From NCBI RefSeq assembly GCF_009914755.1, contig NC_060929.1: DNA of 64,000 nt; one strand, 5' to 3'. The translations under genes and the position numbers were made by a program. This document shows positions 1-14,512 of the stretch, piece by piece (within the stretch, counting starts at the first letter, position 1; the number at the start of each line of letters is the position of its first letter). Under the pieces are notes generated by a model. That model saw only the letters and a program-made list of their open reading frames with translations. It ran no database searches and was not told where the DNA came from. The stretch comes from the human T2T-CHM13v2.0 reference genome, Homo sapiens.

Positions 1-250
1 AGCTTTGTTTTCATATGATTGTTGGCTGCATGTATGTTTTCTTTTGAGAAGTGTCTGTTTATGTTTTTTGCCCACTTTCTAATGTTTTTTTTTCTTGTAA
101 ATTTGTTTAAGTTCCTTATAGATGCTGGATATTAGACCTTTGTGAAATACACAGCTTGCAAAAATTGTCTCCCATTCTGTAGGTTGTCTGTTTATTCTGT
201 TGATTGTTTCCTTTGCTATGCAGAAGCTCTTTAGTTTAATTAGATCCCAT
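1..250 (-). mobile_element. L1 ORF2 3' region fragment, running off the window start
   Basis: Typical antisense L1 text: tcttttgagaagtgtctgtt, gatgctggatattagacctttg, tgcagaagctctttagtttaattagatcccat. Confidence 0.85.
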
Positions 251-1950
251 GACAAAATTATTTTAAAATTATATTGATAGGCAAAGAAGCTAGTTAAAAT
301 AATTTTGAAGGTAATGAAGAAAATGGGTGAAATCAGTACACCACATTTTAAGACTTATGTAGCTAAAGTAATCAATATTTTTATCAGAGGGATAGACATA
401 TAGATCGATGAAACAGAATAGATAAAAAACAGAGACCCGTACAAATACAGTCATTCGTTGGAAACAACATTTCTATCAACAACGGACTGCATATGTGACG
501 ATGGTCCATAAGATTATAAAAGAGCCGGAAATTTCTATCACCTATTGACTTCTTGATGATCCTGACCCTTTGTAGGTCTAGGCTGATGTTTGTATTTGTG
601 TCTTAGTTTTTTAACAAAAAAGTATAAAAAGGAAGAAAAAAAGTAATAATTTAAAATAAATAAAAAGATTATGGAATAAGGATATAAAGACAATATTATT
701 ATACAGCTGGGCAATGTGTGTTTTATGCTAAGAGTTATTAAATAAGAGTAAAAAAGTTAAAAAAAATTAAAAGTTTATGAAGTAAGAAAGTTACAATAAG
801 CTAAGGTTAATTTATTATTGAATAAAAGTATTTTAAGACAAATTTAGTGTAGCCTCAGTGTACAGTGTTTATAAAGTCTACTGTAGTGTACAATAATGTC
901 CTAAACTTTCATATTCATTCACCACTCACTTACTAACTCACCCAGAGCACCTTCAGGTCCTACAAGCTCCATTAATGGTAAGTGCTCTATACAGGTGTAC
1001 CATTTTGTGTCTTTTATACCACATTCTTATTGTACCTTTTCCATGGTTAAATATATTTAGATACATAAATAATTATCATTGTGTTACAATTGCCAAGAGT
1101 ATTCAGTACAGTAACATGCTGTACAAGTTTGTAGCCTGGGGGCAATAAACTATACCACATAGCCCAGGATTTACTTGACTATACCATCTAGGTTTATGTA
1201 AGTTTGCACAACAACAAGATTGCCTAATGATGCATTTCTCAGAATGCATCCCTATCATTAAGCAATGCTTGTCTTTATGCCCAACTGAGAGTTGACAAGA
1301 GTGCCATACCAATTCCATGGAGAAAGGATAGCCTTTTCAACAAATGGTGCTGAAGCCATTGGGCCTCCATAGTGGGGGAAACATCCTTGCCTTAATTCTC
1401 ACGCTTTATACAAAAATAAACTCAAAATGGAAAATTGATTACCTGTAAATAGTACAACTGTAAAACTTTAAGAAATAACACAGAAGAAAATCTTCAGGAT
1501 CTAGAGCTAGGTAATTCTTAGGTTTGAAACCAAAAGCATAATTCATAAAAGGGATAATTGATAAATTGGATTTTATCAAAATTAAAAGTGTTTCTTCTGT
1601 GAAAGATACTATTCAAAGGATGTGAAAACAAGCTGCAGATTGGGAGAACATATTTGCACACCATAAATCCAAGAAAGAATAGTATCTAGAATATATAAAG
1701 AACTCCCAAAAACTAACAGATAAAAAATCTAATTAGGACATGGGCAAATGACATAAAAAGACTGAAGAGAATCTACAAATGGAAAATCAGCACATAAAAA
1801 GATATTCCACATACTTAGCTATTAGGGATATGCAAATTGAAACCACAATGAGATTGTTATACACTTAGCCCGAATGACTAAAAGACTGTAACAACATTTT
1901 TACTTTTACTGGAAATGTCAAATGCTACAATCACTCTGGAAAAAAAGTTT
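251..1950 (+). mobile_element. Old L1M ORF2 3' part, interrupted by Tigger3
   Basis: Degenerate L1 motifs ccttttcaacaaatggtgctg and atgcaaattgaaaccacaatgaga, with colinear continuation across the 448-1275 insert. Confidence 0.75.
448..1275 (-). mobile_element. Tigger3b/Golem-type TcMar DNA transposon
   Basis: Reverse complement resembles Tigger3 (tgcatttctcagaatgcatccctatcattaagc; cagtacagtaacatgctgtacaagtttgtagcct); left end ta|cagtcat. Confidence 0.8.
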
Positions 1951-3443
1951 GGCTGAGACAGAATGAAGCAAAAGGAATAACTGAAAAGAGAATGGTCATA
2001 AATTTTCAAGTGACAGATTCAGCAGATGGTACCAAAAAAAAAAAAAAAGGACAAATGCAAAGAAAAGCACACCTAGGCACATCATTGTAAAACTGTTAAA
2101 AACCAAAGACAAAGAGGAAATTTTAAAAGGAGCTAGAGAAAAAAATACTAGGGAAAAAAATACTATCAAAAAGGCAAAAAAGACCCCACAACAAAAAGCA
2201 GAAAAAAGCAGACAACCCCATCTTGCTTTGCAATAGAAATAATAAAACTCAGAAGACAATGCAGTAGCATTATCAAATAGTAGACCCAAGAGAGCCATAC
2301 TTATACGTTCTTACTATAAGAGAGCTGAAAAATGGATGAAAATGAGTGAAAAATGGATTTCACCCATTTTCTTATACTTTCTTAGTATGAGAAACCTGAA
2401 GTAACTATATTAACATGAGAGAAAATAGAACTATTACTAGAGACAGATGAGGCATCTCGTAATGATAAAAGATCAAAACTTTAGGAAGATATAACAAGTA
2501 TAAACATATACACGGCTAACAACAGAGACCCATAATATATGAAAAATGTATTCCAAATAAAACTTAAAGAAAAAAAATGACAACTATAGTTGAAGATTTT
2601 TAATATTTCACATACAACAACTTAATTTATAGGGACTCATGATCATATCTTTAACATTTATAAAGAAAATATTAACAGAAGTAAGGAGAAATAGACAAGG
2701 GGGAAATTTTATCACACTTCTGTCAGTAACAGATTGAAGAAGCATACAAGATTAACAAGAATACAGACAATTTGAACAATATGACTTACAAAATTGAACT
2801 TATATCTAGGAAACTTGATTCCAAAACTGCAGAATATACATTAGTTTCAAGTGTTTTTGAATTATTTACAAATTGAACTACACTGGGCCATAAAACATGT
2901 CTCTACAAATTTCAAAGGATTGAAATAACAGCGAATTCCCTGATCACAGTGAAATTAAGCTAAAAAAGTCTGTCTAAAAAATAGAAAATCACCAATGCCC
3001 AGAAATTTAAACAAGTGTATTTATATATAATTCACTGGTCAAAGGTGATGTAATAATAAAAAAACTAGAAAATATTTTGAACTAAAGTATAATAAGAATA
3101 AAACATGTAAAAACTTGTGAATGTAGCTAAAACTATGTTTAAAGGGAAATATAGCCTATGGCTATGCTTAAATAAAACTTAAAGCTATGTTTCTAGCTTT
3201 TAGTGCATATTCAAAAAACAAAGGCTGAAATATCAATGGCTAAGTTTTTATCTCAAAAGTTAAAGAAAAAATACCACATAGAACCCAAAAAGTTAGAAGG
3301 AAGTAAATAACATATAAATTTACTAAAAATAATAAAATAGTAATATATGCTCAATAATTGGAATAAACGAACATGAAATTTGGTTATTTTAAATAGTTAA
3401 TAAGAAGGCTAAACCTCTGGAAAGACTGAGCATATAGAGCTAG

Positions 3444-3768
<325 letters not shown>

Positions 3769-3965
3769 AGAGAGAGAGGATTTCTAATAATACTTGTAAA
3801 ATGGGAACATCACTACAGTTGTTGTTACAAACACATAAGATAGTATTATTAAGTTTTTGCCAATAAGTTGAAAAATCAAATAAGATGGGCAAATTGATAG
3901 AAAAACGCAACCTGTCAACAATGATGCTGAAAGAAATAGAATATCTGAATATTCCTATATCCAAT

Positions 3966-4446
3966 TGTATAAGTCAGGGTTCCTCAGAGAAATAGGACTA
4001 ATAGGACATATCTATCTATATATTATGGAGGCCGGCACATCCCAAGATTTGCACGGTGAGTTAGCAAGCAGGAGGCCCAGGAGAGCCAATGTTATACTTG
4101 ATAATATGGTTCCAGTCTGAAAGCAGGCAGGCTTGAGACCCAGGAGTAGCCAGTGTTTCAGTGCAAGTCCGAAGGCAGGAAAAAGCTGATGTGCTAGTTT
4201 GAAGGAAGGCAGGCAGGAGAATTTTATTTTACACAGGGAGGGTAAGCCTTTTTGTTCTATTCATGCCTTCCACTGACTGGATGAAGCCCACCCGCATTAG
4301 GGAGGATAATTTGCTTTCCTTAGTCTACTGATTTAAATGTCAATCATAATTAAAAATATCCTCCCAGAAACACCCAGAAAAATATTTGACCAGTATCTGA
4401 GCACTCTCTGACCAAGTTGAGTTGACAAATATACTTACCCATCACA
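3966..4446 (-). mobile_element. MLT2B-type ERVL solo LTR
   Basis: Starts tgtataagtcagggttcctcagaga and ends agttgacaaatatacttacccatcaca, the reverse of the MLT2 TGTGATGG start. Confidence 0.8.
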
Positions 4447-4947
4447 ATGTAAATAACCAAATTTCTATTTAAAATTAATCCTCAAAAAAATACCAGGCCC
4501 AGTTGGCCCCAAACTAATAAATTATTCTAAACATTTAAGGACAAAAAAAAAATCAATCTTACCCAAATACTTCCAGAGAGCAGACAATGATAGTCAGCTT
4601 ATTTTTTAAGGCCAGCATAATCTTGACAGCAAAATCCTGTAAGAATACTACAAGAAAGAAAAATTACAATTTTATTCATGAATATAGATGAAAAAAATTC
4701 TAAATAAAATGCTAGCAACCCACGTCTAATGATATATAAAAGAAGCCAAACAACATGACTAACAATACAAGTTTGGTTAGCTGTACAGGAATCAGTTAGT
4801 ATATAACTCACCACATTAATATAAAAAAGGAGAAATATGATATCTCAATAAGTGAGCTAAAACCACTCAATGAAATTTAATACCCTTTCATGATAAATAC
4901 ACTTTGCAAAATAAAAATAGAAGGGAACTTCCTTAATTTGATAAGTC

Positions 4948-7219
4948 TGATGTGGTTTGGCTCTGTGTCCCCCCTGAAATCTCATCTTGAATTGTACTCC
5001 CATAATTCCCACATTTTGTGGGAGGGACTTGGTGGGAGATAATTGAATCATGGGGGTGGTTTCACCCATACTGTCTTTGTGGTAGTGAATAAGTCTCATG
5101 AGATCTGATGGTTTTGTAAAGGGTTTCCACTTTCGCTTCTCTCTCATTCTCTCTTGCTGCCACCAGGTAAGAAGTGCCTTTTGCCTTCTGCCATGATTGT
5201 AAGGCCTTCCCAGCAATATGGAACTGTGAGTTCATTGAAACTATTTTTCCTCCCAGTCTCGGGTATGTCTTATCAGCAGCATGAAAATGGACTAATGCAG
5301 TAAATTGGTATCAGTAGAGTGGGCACAGCTGAAAAGATACCTGAAAATGTGAGAGCAACTTTGGAACTGGGTAACAGGCAGAGGTTGGAACAGTTTAGAG
5401 GGCTCAGAAGAAAATAGGAATATGTGAGAAGATTTGGAACTTCCTAGAGACTTGTTGAATGGCTTTGCCCAAAATGCTGATAGCCATATGGGCAATAAAG
5501 TCCAGGCTGAGGTTTCAGGTGGAAATGAGGAACTTGTTGGGAACTGGAGCAAAGGTGACTCGTTGTGTTTTAGCAAATAGACTAACCGCATTTTACCCCT
5601 GCCCCAGAGATTTGTGGAACTTTGAACTTGAGAGAGATGATTTAGGTTATCTGGCAGAATAAATTTCTAAGTAGCAAAACATTCAAGATGTGACTTGGGT
5701 GCTGTTAAAGGCATTCAGTTTTATAGGGAAAGCAGGACATAAAAAGATCGGAAAATTTGCAGCCTGACAATACTATAGAAAAGAAAATCCCACTTTCTGA
5801 GGAGAAATTCAAGCTGGTTGCAGAAATTTGCATAAGTAACAAGGAGACAAATATTAATCCTCAAGACAATGGGAAAAATGTCTCCAGGGCATATCAGAGG
5901 TCTTCACAGCGGCCCCTCCTATCACAGGCTGGAGGCCTAGGAGGAAAAAATGGTTTTGTGGGCCAGGCCTAGGGTCCTCCTGCTGTGTGCAGCCTAGGGA
6001 CATGGTGCCTTGCATCCCAGCCACTCCAACCATGGATGAAAGGGGCCAATGTAGAGCTCAGGCTGTGGCTTCAGAGGGTGCAAGCCCCAAGCCATGGCAG
6101 CTTCCATGTGGTATTGAGCCTGCGAAAGCGCAGAAGCCAAGAATTGGGGTTGGGAACCTCTGCCTAAATTTCAGAGGATGTATGGAAATGCCTGGATGCC
6201 AAGGCAGAAATTTGCTGCAGGGGTGAGGCCCCCATAGAGAACTTCTGCTAGGGTAGTGCAGAAGGGAAATGTGGGGTCAGAGCCCCCACACAGAGTCCCT
6301 ACTAGGGCATTGTCTAGTGGATCTGTGAGAAGAGGGCCACCATCCTCCAGAACCTAGAATGGTAGATCCACTGACAGCTTGCACCATGTGTCTAGAAAAG
6401 CCACAGCCACTCAATGCCACCCCGTGAAAACAGCCAGGAGGGAGTCTGCACCCTGCAAAGTCACAGGGGCAGAGCTGCCCAAGACCAGGAGAACCCACCT
6501 CTTGCATTAACATGATCTGGATGTGAGACATGGAGTCAAAGATCATTTTGGAACTTTAAGATTTGACTGCCCTGCTGGATTTTAGACTTGCCTGGGGCCT
6601 GTAGCCCCTTTGTTTTGGCCAATTTCTCCCATTTGGAACAGCTGTATTTACCCAATACCTATACACCCATTGTATCTAGAAAGCAACTAACTTGCTTTTG
6701 ATTTTACAGGCTCATAGGTGGAAGGGACTTGCCTTGTCTCAGATGAGACTCTGGACTGTGGACTTTTGAATTAATGCTGAAATGAGTTAAGACTTTGGGG
6801 ACTGTTGGAAGGCATGATTGGTTTCGAAATGTGAGGACATGAGATTTGGCAGGGCCTAGGGGTGGAATGATACGGTTTGGCTCTGTGTCTTTGCCAAATC
6901 TCATCTTGAATTGTACTCCCCAAATTCCCGCATATTGTGGGAGGGACCCAGGGGTAGATAATTGAATAAGGGGGGTGGTTTCCCCCATACTGTTCTCATG
7001 GTAGTGAATAAGCCTTATGAGATCTGATGGTTTTATAAGGGGTTTCTGCTTTTGTTCTCTCTCCTTCTCTCTTGCTGCTGCCATGTAAGAACTGCCTTTC
7101 ACCTTCCACCATGATTGTGAGGCCTCCCCCAGCCACATGGAACTGTGAGTCAATTAAACCTATTTTTCTTCCCAGTCTGGGTTATATCTTTATCAGCAGC
7201 GTGAAAAAAAACTAATACA
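4948..7219 (+). mobile_element. Complete THE1 MaLR provirus: LTR 4948-5299, internal 5300-6867, LTR 6868-7219
   Basis: Two ~350-bp direct-repeat LTRs (tga.t.tggtttggctctgtgtc ... actaat.ca) around a ~1.6-kb THE1-int; 5-bp TSD aagtc (4943-4947) / aagtt (7220-7224). Confidence 0.95.
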
Positions 7220-8438
7220 AAGTTCTGTCTACCAAAAGCCTATAGCTAGTATCATACTAAATAATAAAAAAGCAAAAGTATTCCCCTGAGACTGTGAATG
7301 AGACAACGACATCTGCTACTGATACTTCTATTCAACATTGTCATGGAGATTCTGGACTGTGCAAAAAGTTAAAAAAAAAAAAAAGTAAAAGATGTCAAGA
7401 TTGGAAAAGAGATTGTCATTATTCATTGACAACATGGTGTTATACAATGAAAATCCATCAGAATCTATACTCTATCAGAATTAATAAGTGAAGCAGATTA
7501 ACATATCTATCAAAAAGAAGTAATAAGTAAATATAGCAGTTTCTTGATATTAGAGCAGCAACAACTGCTATATATAGAAAAGCAGTTTCTATATATAAGT
7601 AGCAAACAATTAGAAAGTAAAAATTTAAATAATAATACCATTTTGAGTAGCATAAAATCCAAATTCCTAAAAATAAATCTAATAAAAAATATATAATACC
7701 TTCACACACACACACACGCACACACACACACTAGAGAAAATGTGATTCAAATAAATAAGGAGATACGTCACCTTCAAACCATTGGAAGACACGATATCAT
7801 AAAGATGTAAATATTCTCCATCTTACCTACAGATTCAATGCAATCTGAACCAAAATCTATTTTTAATAAATTTTTTGGTGAAAATTAACAAGCATATTCT
7901 AAAATCTAGGTGGGAATATAGAAGGCTCAATCAGGATGGCTAAGAAAATCTTGAAAAATACCAAAGTTGGAGGACTTACATGAGCTGATATCAGGATGAT
8001 AATTAGGACAGCATGATATTGGTGCAAGGATGGACAAATAGGTAAATGGAAAAAATTAAGTTTAGAAACAATTCCACATGTATGGGCACTCGATTTTTTA
8101 CAATATTTTCAGTGCAGAACAGTAGGGGAAATATTCTTTTTAACAAATGGTGGTGGTGAATCAATGGATAACTCTGAAAAAAATAAGCCTTTATCCCTAC
8201 CTCACAACTTACAAATAATAAACTCAATTATGTGTTGTTGGGCTAAATGAGAAAGGTAAAATAAAGTCTCTGGATGATAATATAGAAGATCTTTATGACT
8301 TGGGGAGGAGGTTGCAGAGACTTTTTAAACAGGACCAAAAAGTATCATCCAAAAAGGAACTGTTGGTAAATTGGACCACATTAAAATTATGAACAGTTCA
8401 TCAAGGAAGACCAGGAAGAGAAGAACTCACATAGTGAG

Positions 8439-8802
8439 TGCATTAGTCTGTTCTCATGATGCTAATAAAGACATACCTGAGATGAGTAATTTATAAAGGA
8501 AAGGAGTTTATTTGACTCACAGTTCCACATGGCTAGGGAGGCTTCACAATCATGGTGAAAAGTGAAGGGGAAGCAAGACATGTCTTACATGGCAGCAGGC
8601 AAGAGACAGCATGTGCAGGGAACTCCCCTTTGTAAAACCATCAGATCTCATGAGGCTTATTCACTATAATGAGAACAGCATGGGAAAGGCCTGCCCCCAT
8701 GACTCAATTACCTCCCACTGCATCCCTCCCATGACACGTGGGAATTATGGGAGCTACAATTCAAGATGAGATTTAGGTGGGGGACACAGCCAAACCGTAT
8801 CA
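8439..8802 (-). mobile_element. THE1B-type solo LTR
   Basis: tgcattagtctgttctcatgatgctaataaagacatacc ... gggacacagccaaaccgtatca is the reverse complement of a THE1 LTR. Confidence 0.9.
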
Positions 8803-10743
8803 TTGGGAGAATATATTTGTAATACATAAAATCAAAAAAAGGATTTGTAAGAGGATATATAAAAACATCCTACAAATCAAAATGAAAAGACAGAAATCAA
8901 TAGGAAAAAATGGACAAAACCTAGAACTGGAAATTTATGAAAGAGGGTATCTGAATGAATAATAAAGTTATGATAAAGTATTCAATGTGATTAATCATTA
9001 GGGAAATGCAAATTTAAACAATAATGATATATCACTGCATACCAGCAAATTCATTAATTTCTAAGAGACTGACTATGGTGAGTTGGCAAGGACATGGTAC
9101 AACTGAAACTTTCATCTTTTTCTGGTACAACTACTTCAGAAAACAGTTTTGCAACATATACTAAATTTGAAAAATTACATGTCTGATGATTCAGAAATCA
9201 ACTTCTAGGTATATGCCTGACAGAAATGCATAAATATGAATGCTAAACTATGTATAAAAATTGATAGTACCATTATTTCATAATATCCCAAACCTGGAGA
9301 TAACCCAAATGTCGATCAACAGTAAAACAGATAGATACATTGTAGTAGACTTATATAATGAAATACTAAGCAGCAATGAAAAAGAACAAATGACTGCTAT
9401 GCATGGCAACATATACTCACCTCAAAAATGTAATATTAAGGGAAAAGGACAGATACAAAAGAGTAAATACTGTATAATTCCATTTATATAAAGTTAAAAA
9501 GCAGTTAAGACTAATCTGTGGCACTGGGAGTCTGAACGGGTATTACCTTTGGAGTGTAAAAGGGCTGGTAAAAGGGAACACAGGTTGTTTGTGCTGTGCT
9601 GGAAAGGTTCTGTTTCTTGATTTGTGTGGCAATTACAAAGATGTGCTCATAGCACAGGAATTAATTGAGCTGTACATTTATGAGTTTTACGTGTATATAT
9701 ATATGTGTGTGTGTATTACTTCAATAAAAATTGTTTGAATAAGACTAGTGGGAAGTCTTAGGTAGGAGCACCTCCCAGTTAAAGGAATAGCAGAGCAGTA
9801 AAATTGTTTCTCCATAAAAATGAAAAACGTTCTGTTATCCAAAGTGGTAAGTAGCATCATTTAGACAGAATTAATTCATGCAAATAGTCTTATGCTCTAG
9901 GAGTTTTTATTTCTCTCATAGGAAAGGCAGGTTGTACGTTAATGTGACATTATAGAAAAATACTTTTTAACATTTATAATGAGCATTTCCTTTGTTCTTT
10001 ATTTTATCTCTTAAAAGTGCATTTAAGGAAGTGACTCCTTGTGAACACTATGTTCTAAAAAAATGGAAGAAAGCTGAAGTATTTCTTGTTCAATCACATT
10101 TGTGCTGCTACTGAAGAGGGGCCAGCAGAAAAACAATATCCCATGTTGATAAAAGTGCTTGTCACAAAAGAAGGGAAAAGGACACACACAAAAAGATGCA
10201 TTGTCAGATTTGGAATTAGGCTTTAAATGTCCCTAAAATTAGTAGACATGTTCTTTAACTGGTTAGAAATAGATAACTAGACTTGTATTTAGAGATAGAA
10301 ATAAGGCCAGTGAAAAAAGGTCTTGGGGAAGCATAAAAGACAATATGAACTAAGAATGGGTGCTTTCTATTTTTAATTAAAAAGAATACATCTAATTGTA
10401 GAAAATTTGAAAATTACAGGGATAAATAAAAAAACATAAAAATTACTCATGATTCTACTACCCAGAGATTAAAACTTACCAGTGTGAGTCTATTACTCAC
10501 AGTTTATTTTCTGAGCCTGTATTTAGAAATATTTTATTATAACAAGCTTTCCACCTTTGCCATTATTCTGGAACATTTCCCCATGTTGTTATGTGTTGTA
10601 CTGTATTTAATGGTTTTCAGTTCTTCATAGAATCACTTGTGTGGATTTTTAAAAATACAGAGATCTAGATTTTACTCCAGGTCTAGTGATTAGACTCTCT
10701 TTAGGTGGATCCAGGCATTTGTATTTAAAAAAAAATACAGTAG

Positions 10744-11060
<317 letters not shown>

Positions 11061-12169
11061 ACAGTGGTGTACAGCCAGGATTTAGACTTCTCAGGCAGGG
11101 TTGAGTAATATTGTTAATAGATGCATGGAATTCTGTGCATGTTCTATAACTTATTTAACTTGTTTCCAATATTATTGGACATTTATGTTGTTCCCCCTTT
11201 TTTTGGGAGGAGAGGATAAGTAATCCTGTGGTGAGTATCCATTTGTGTATACATCTCTGATTATTTACTAAGATTAAATTCTTAGAAGTAAAATTGCTAG
11301 TTCAGTTCAACTGAAGGCTTTTGATTGCCAAATTATCTTCTAGAAATGTTTGTCAAAGTATTCTAGCACCAGCATGTATGAGGCTCCCTGTTTTCCTGAA
11401 TTGTCACCAAATAGTAGTAAATATTATAATTGTATGGTAATTTTGGCCGATTTTTCAATTTTGATAAATGCATTTCTTTGATTACCAATTACATTGAATA
11501 GTTTTTCATCAGTGAACTGCCTTTCTATCAGAGAAATTGCTTTTATATGGAATACAAATTGAGCAAAAGCCTAAAATTTTAAAGTAGAAATGAAAATAAC
11601 TTGGTATTCAGTGTTCCAAATCCAGAACTGAAGCAAATTTGAAGTTTTTACTGGGAGCGTAGAGTTATCTTAAATATGTTCGTTTTAAATTTAAGTAAAT
11701 AGAAAAAATTAAAGCACTCAAGGAAAGATGGGTAGCTATTATGTTTAACTTTGAGTCAACATCTATAAATGTACTTTGTGGATTATCCATAAAATAATTA
11801 AAATCCAAATGTAATTCCGGACCACCGTTCTGTACCACTTCCTATCTAAACATTTATTGAACATAGTTTCAGCTGGAGTTCCAAGAGAAAACAGATAGTA
11901 CATCCAAGTAGCATAATTTGAGGAGGGTGTATTTACAAAGAACTCATTACAAAGAGCAGGTAGGGTAGAAGGAAACTGCAAGGGATAGCATAGGACCCCA
12001 GGGCTGGCATGGGCAAGGCTGCCTACATCTCCAGTCCTGGAAGAAAAGAGTGTTAGTTGTGTTGGAACTAGAACACCCTGGGAGATCGATGATGTTGGGT
12101 GGAGGGACCTAGCCAGTCTATGACTTCATAGGGAAGATGCTAGGGAATAAATTCCCTGACAACAGAGTT

Positions 12170-13420
12170 CTCCAGAATTTGGTTCCATCTCACTCTCCAA
12201 CCTCATCTCCTACTATTCTCTCCTCACATCTTTGCTTTCTCATTCCCTTACTTCAGTCAGATCTTAGTCCAAATGTTACCTCCTCAGAGAGGCCTTCCCT
12301 GTCATGCACAGGAGTCAGGAGAGACCTGTTCAATCTCCCCCAATTCCTTACTGTCTTTACCTTGCCTTATAATCCTTCTTGCATGCCTTTGTTGGCTTCT
12401 TTCTCTACTGTTGTCTCTATCATCAGAAGGCAAGCTTTATGAGGGTATGGACATTGTCTGTGTTATGTGCCCCTGTAATTTCAGTGCCTGCAACAGCATC
12501 TGGTTCATCATAGGCACCCAATTAATATTTTTCATCTTTGCAAAAATGCTTAGTAAACTGCCATGTACCATAGAAACATGAAATATCATTATATTAATAG
12601 CACTGAGTAAATATACACATTTAAAAAAAGGATCCCCTGTTTTTGCTTATGCTCCTTTATTAGCACAAATAACTCCTTTTATATCTAATTATATTTCCCA
12701 TAGATTCTCCCTGCAGTATATGTCTCTAACCTGTCCACTTCTCTCCATGTCTACTGACACCATGCAAGACTGAACTACCATCTCCCACCTGGACATCAGA
12801 ATAGCTTTCTAGCTGGTCTCCCTGCTCTATTCTTGGGTCTTTCAATCTTTCTCCACACAGCAGCCAGAACAGGCTTTTAAAAATCTGGTATTTCTTTTCT
12901 GCTTAAAAAGCTTCAAAGGTTTCCTTTTGCCCTCATGGAAGAATTTAAAATATTTAACCTAACCTAGAAGGATCTGAATAATCTCATTAATTTGCCTCCT
13001 CTAACCCCTTTTCTTTCACTTGTGATGTTGTGGTTACTGAGGTTTATTCTGTTCTTGAACACCCTCGGCCCTTTCCTGCCTCGGCATCAACCCCTGCTGT
13101 CTTCAGACCCTGGAACTCTCATTCCCCACACCTTACCATTTAGCTTCTGCTCATTCTTCACATCTCAGCTTAAAGACGCCTTCTTCAGGAAGGGCTTTCC
13201 TGACTCCTTGGTCTTCATGGGACCTTCTCTCATAAGCTTTTAGAGCACTGTGCAATTTTCCTCCTTAAGACTTTTGTAATTGTAGTTCTATTGTTTGTGT
13301 GACAATTTGCTTAAAGTCTGTCTTCATCACTAGATTGTAAGCTCCATGGAGGCGAGGTTATGCCATTTTGTTCCCTTTCTGTCTCCAACAGGTAAAATAA
13401 TGTCTGACATGTACTGATTA
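12170..13420 (+). mobile_element. L2 fragments (two pieces, ~12170-12530 and ~12700-13420)
   Basis: L2 3' motifs aatgttacctcctcagagaggccttccct, tctccacacagcagccaga, ctagattgtaagctccatg. Confidence 0.7.
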
Positions 13421-14512
13421 ATTTCACATTTCTGTTGTGAATAAGTAATATGGTTAAAGTGTTTAAAATTCTTACCTTTAACATTTCAGTATGTGAAAAT
13501 GGCATTTAGGACTCAAGCTCTGTAGCAACTGCTTCTATTTCCTAACACAGCATCGCTTATTAATAGACCTAGAATAAACATTTTTGAAGAATTCATGAAT
13601 GTTCCATAACAGTATTTTTTTTCTTCATGTCTGGTTAGATTCTTGACTCCTCAGAGTGAGGGGAGGGGCACATGATCCAGATCTCCACACAAAGTGAAAG
13701 TTTGCTGGATGATGCAACAATATTTTTCTTTATTGCATTCTTTTGTCATCCAAGTGTTAAATGGTGGTATCAGACAATTTTCCTAGTTAAAATGGGGTTC
13801 TGAACTGTATAGATAGTGAGGAGGGGTCTCAAGGCTGCTGCTAACTCACGCAATGCCATTGGTGGCTCAGAAAAAGGCACCTCTTCCTCAAGAGACTTTA
13901 CTTTTGTTTGCAAATTATTGTAATGTTACTATTGATTTTGTTAGAATTGTGCTGCCAAAATTGTCCTGATAATTCTGCAAGTCTATAACATCTACAATGT
14001 CCATGGTGCCCCATGAGTGGTGCCATTGTATTTGCCCAAATGTCCACAGTGGCGCACCCTGGGATGTGTACCAGGTATAACACCAAAAATGTATCATCCA
14101 TTACATACTTTGCAGTGGTTTTTCTTCACCAGTGATACAAAGTACAGTAAATATCAAAAATCTTTCTTTATGCTCAGTGGGATTTTTCTGAAAAAAGACT
14201 GTAGCCACATACACAGGACGTAAATATTTAATTTCCCTTTTCTCATTTCTTCTCCTCAAACCTCATCAGTTTTGCTCAATTCCATTTTGCCCATGTCACT
14301 CTGACTGATCTCTTACTTCATTTTTATGATAGGCCTTTAAATTCATTCTTCAAGTTCGTCCCGGAGGGCATCGTTTTTCCTGCCTTGAGGAAGCAACAAC
14401 AAATAACCCAGGTAGTCTTCTGGATAACTTATAGTAAAATATAATTAAATTTGAAAGTAGCTGTTTTGTTGGCATGAATTTTCTCTGTTGCTGTGAACCT
14501 TTATCCTTCCTC

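Noticed and set aside
4857-7153. Cluster of ORFs with repeated KPSDL.RLIHYH
   Set aside because: Translations of THE1 LTR and internal sequence
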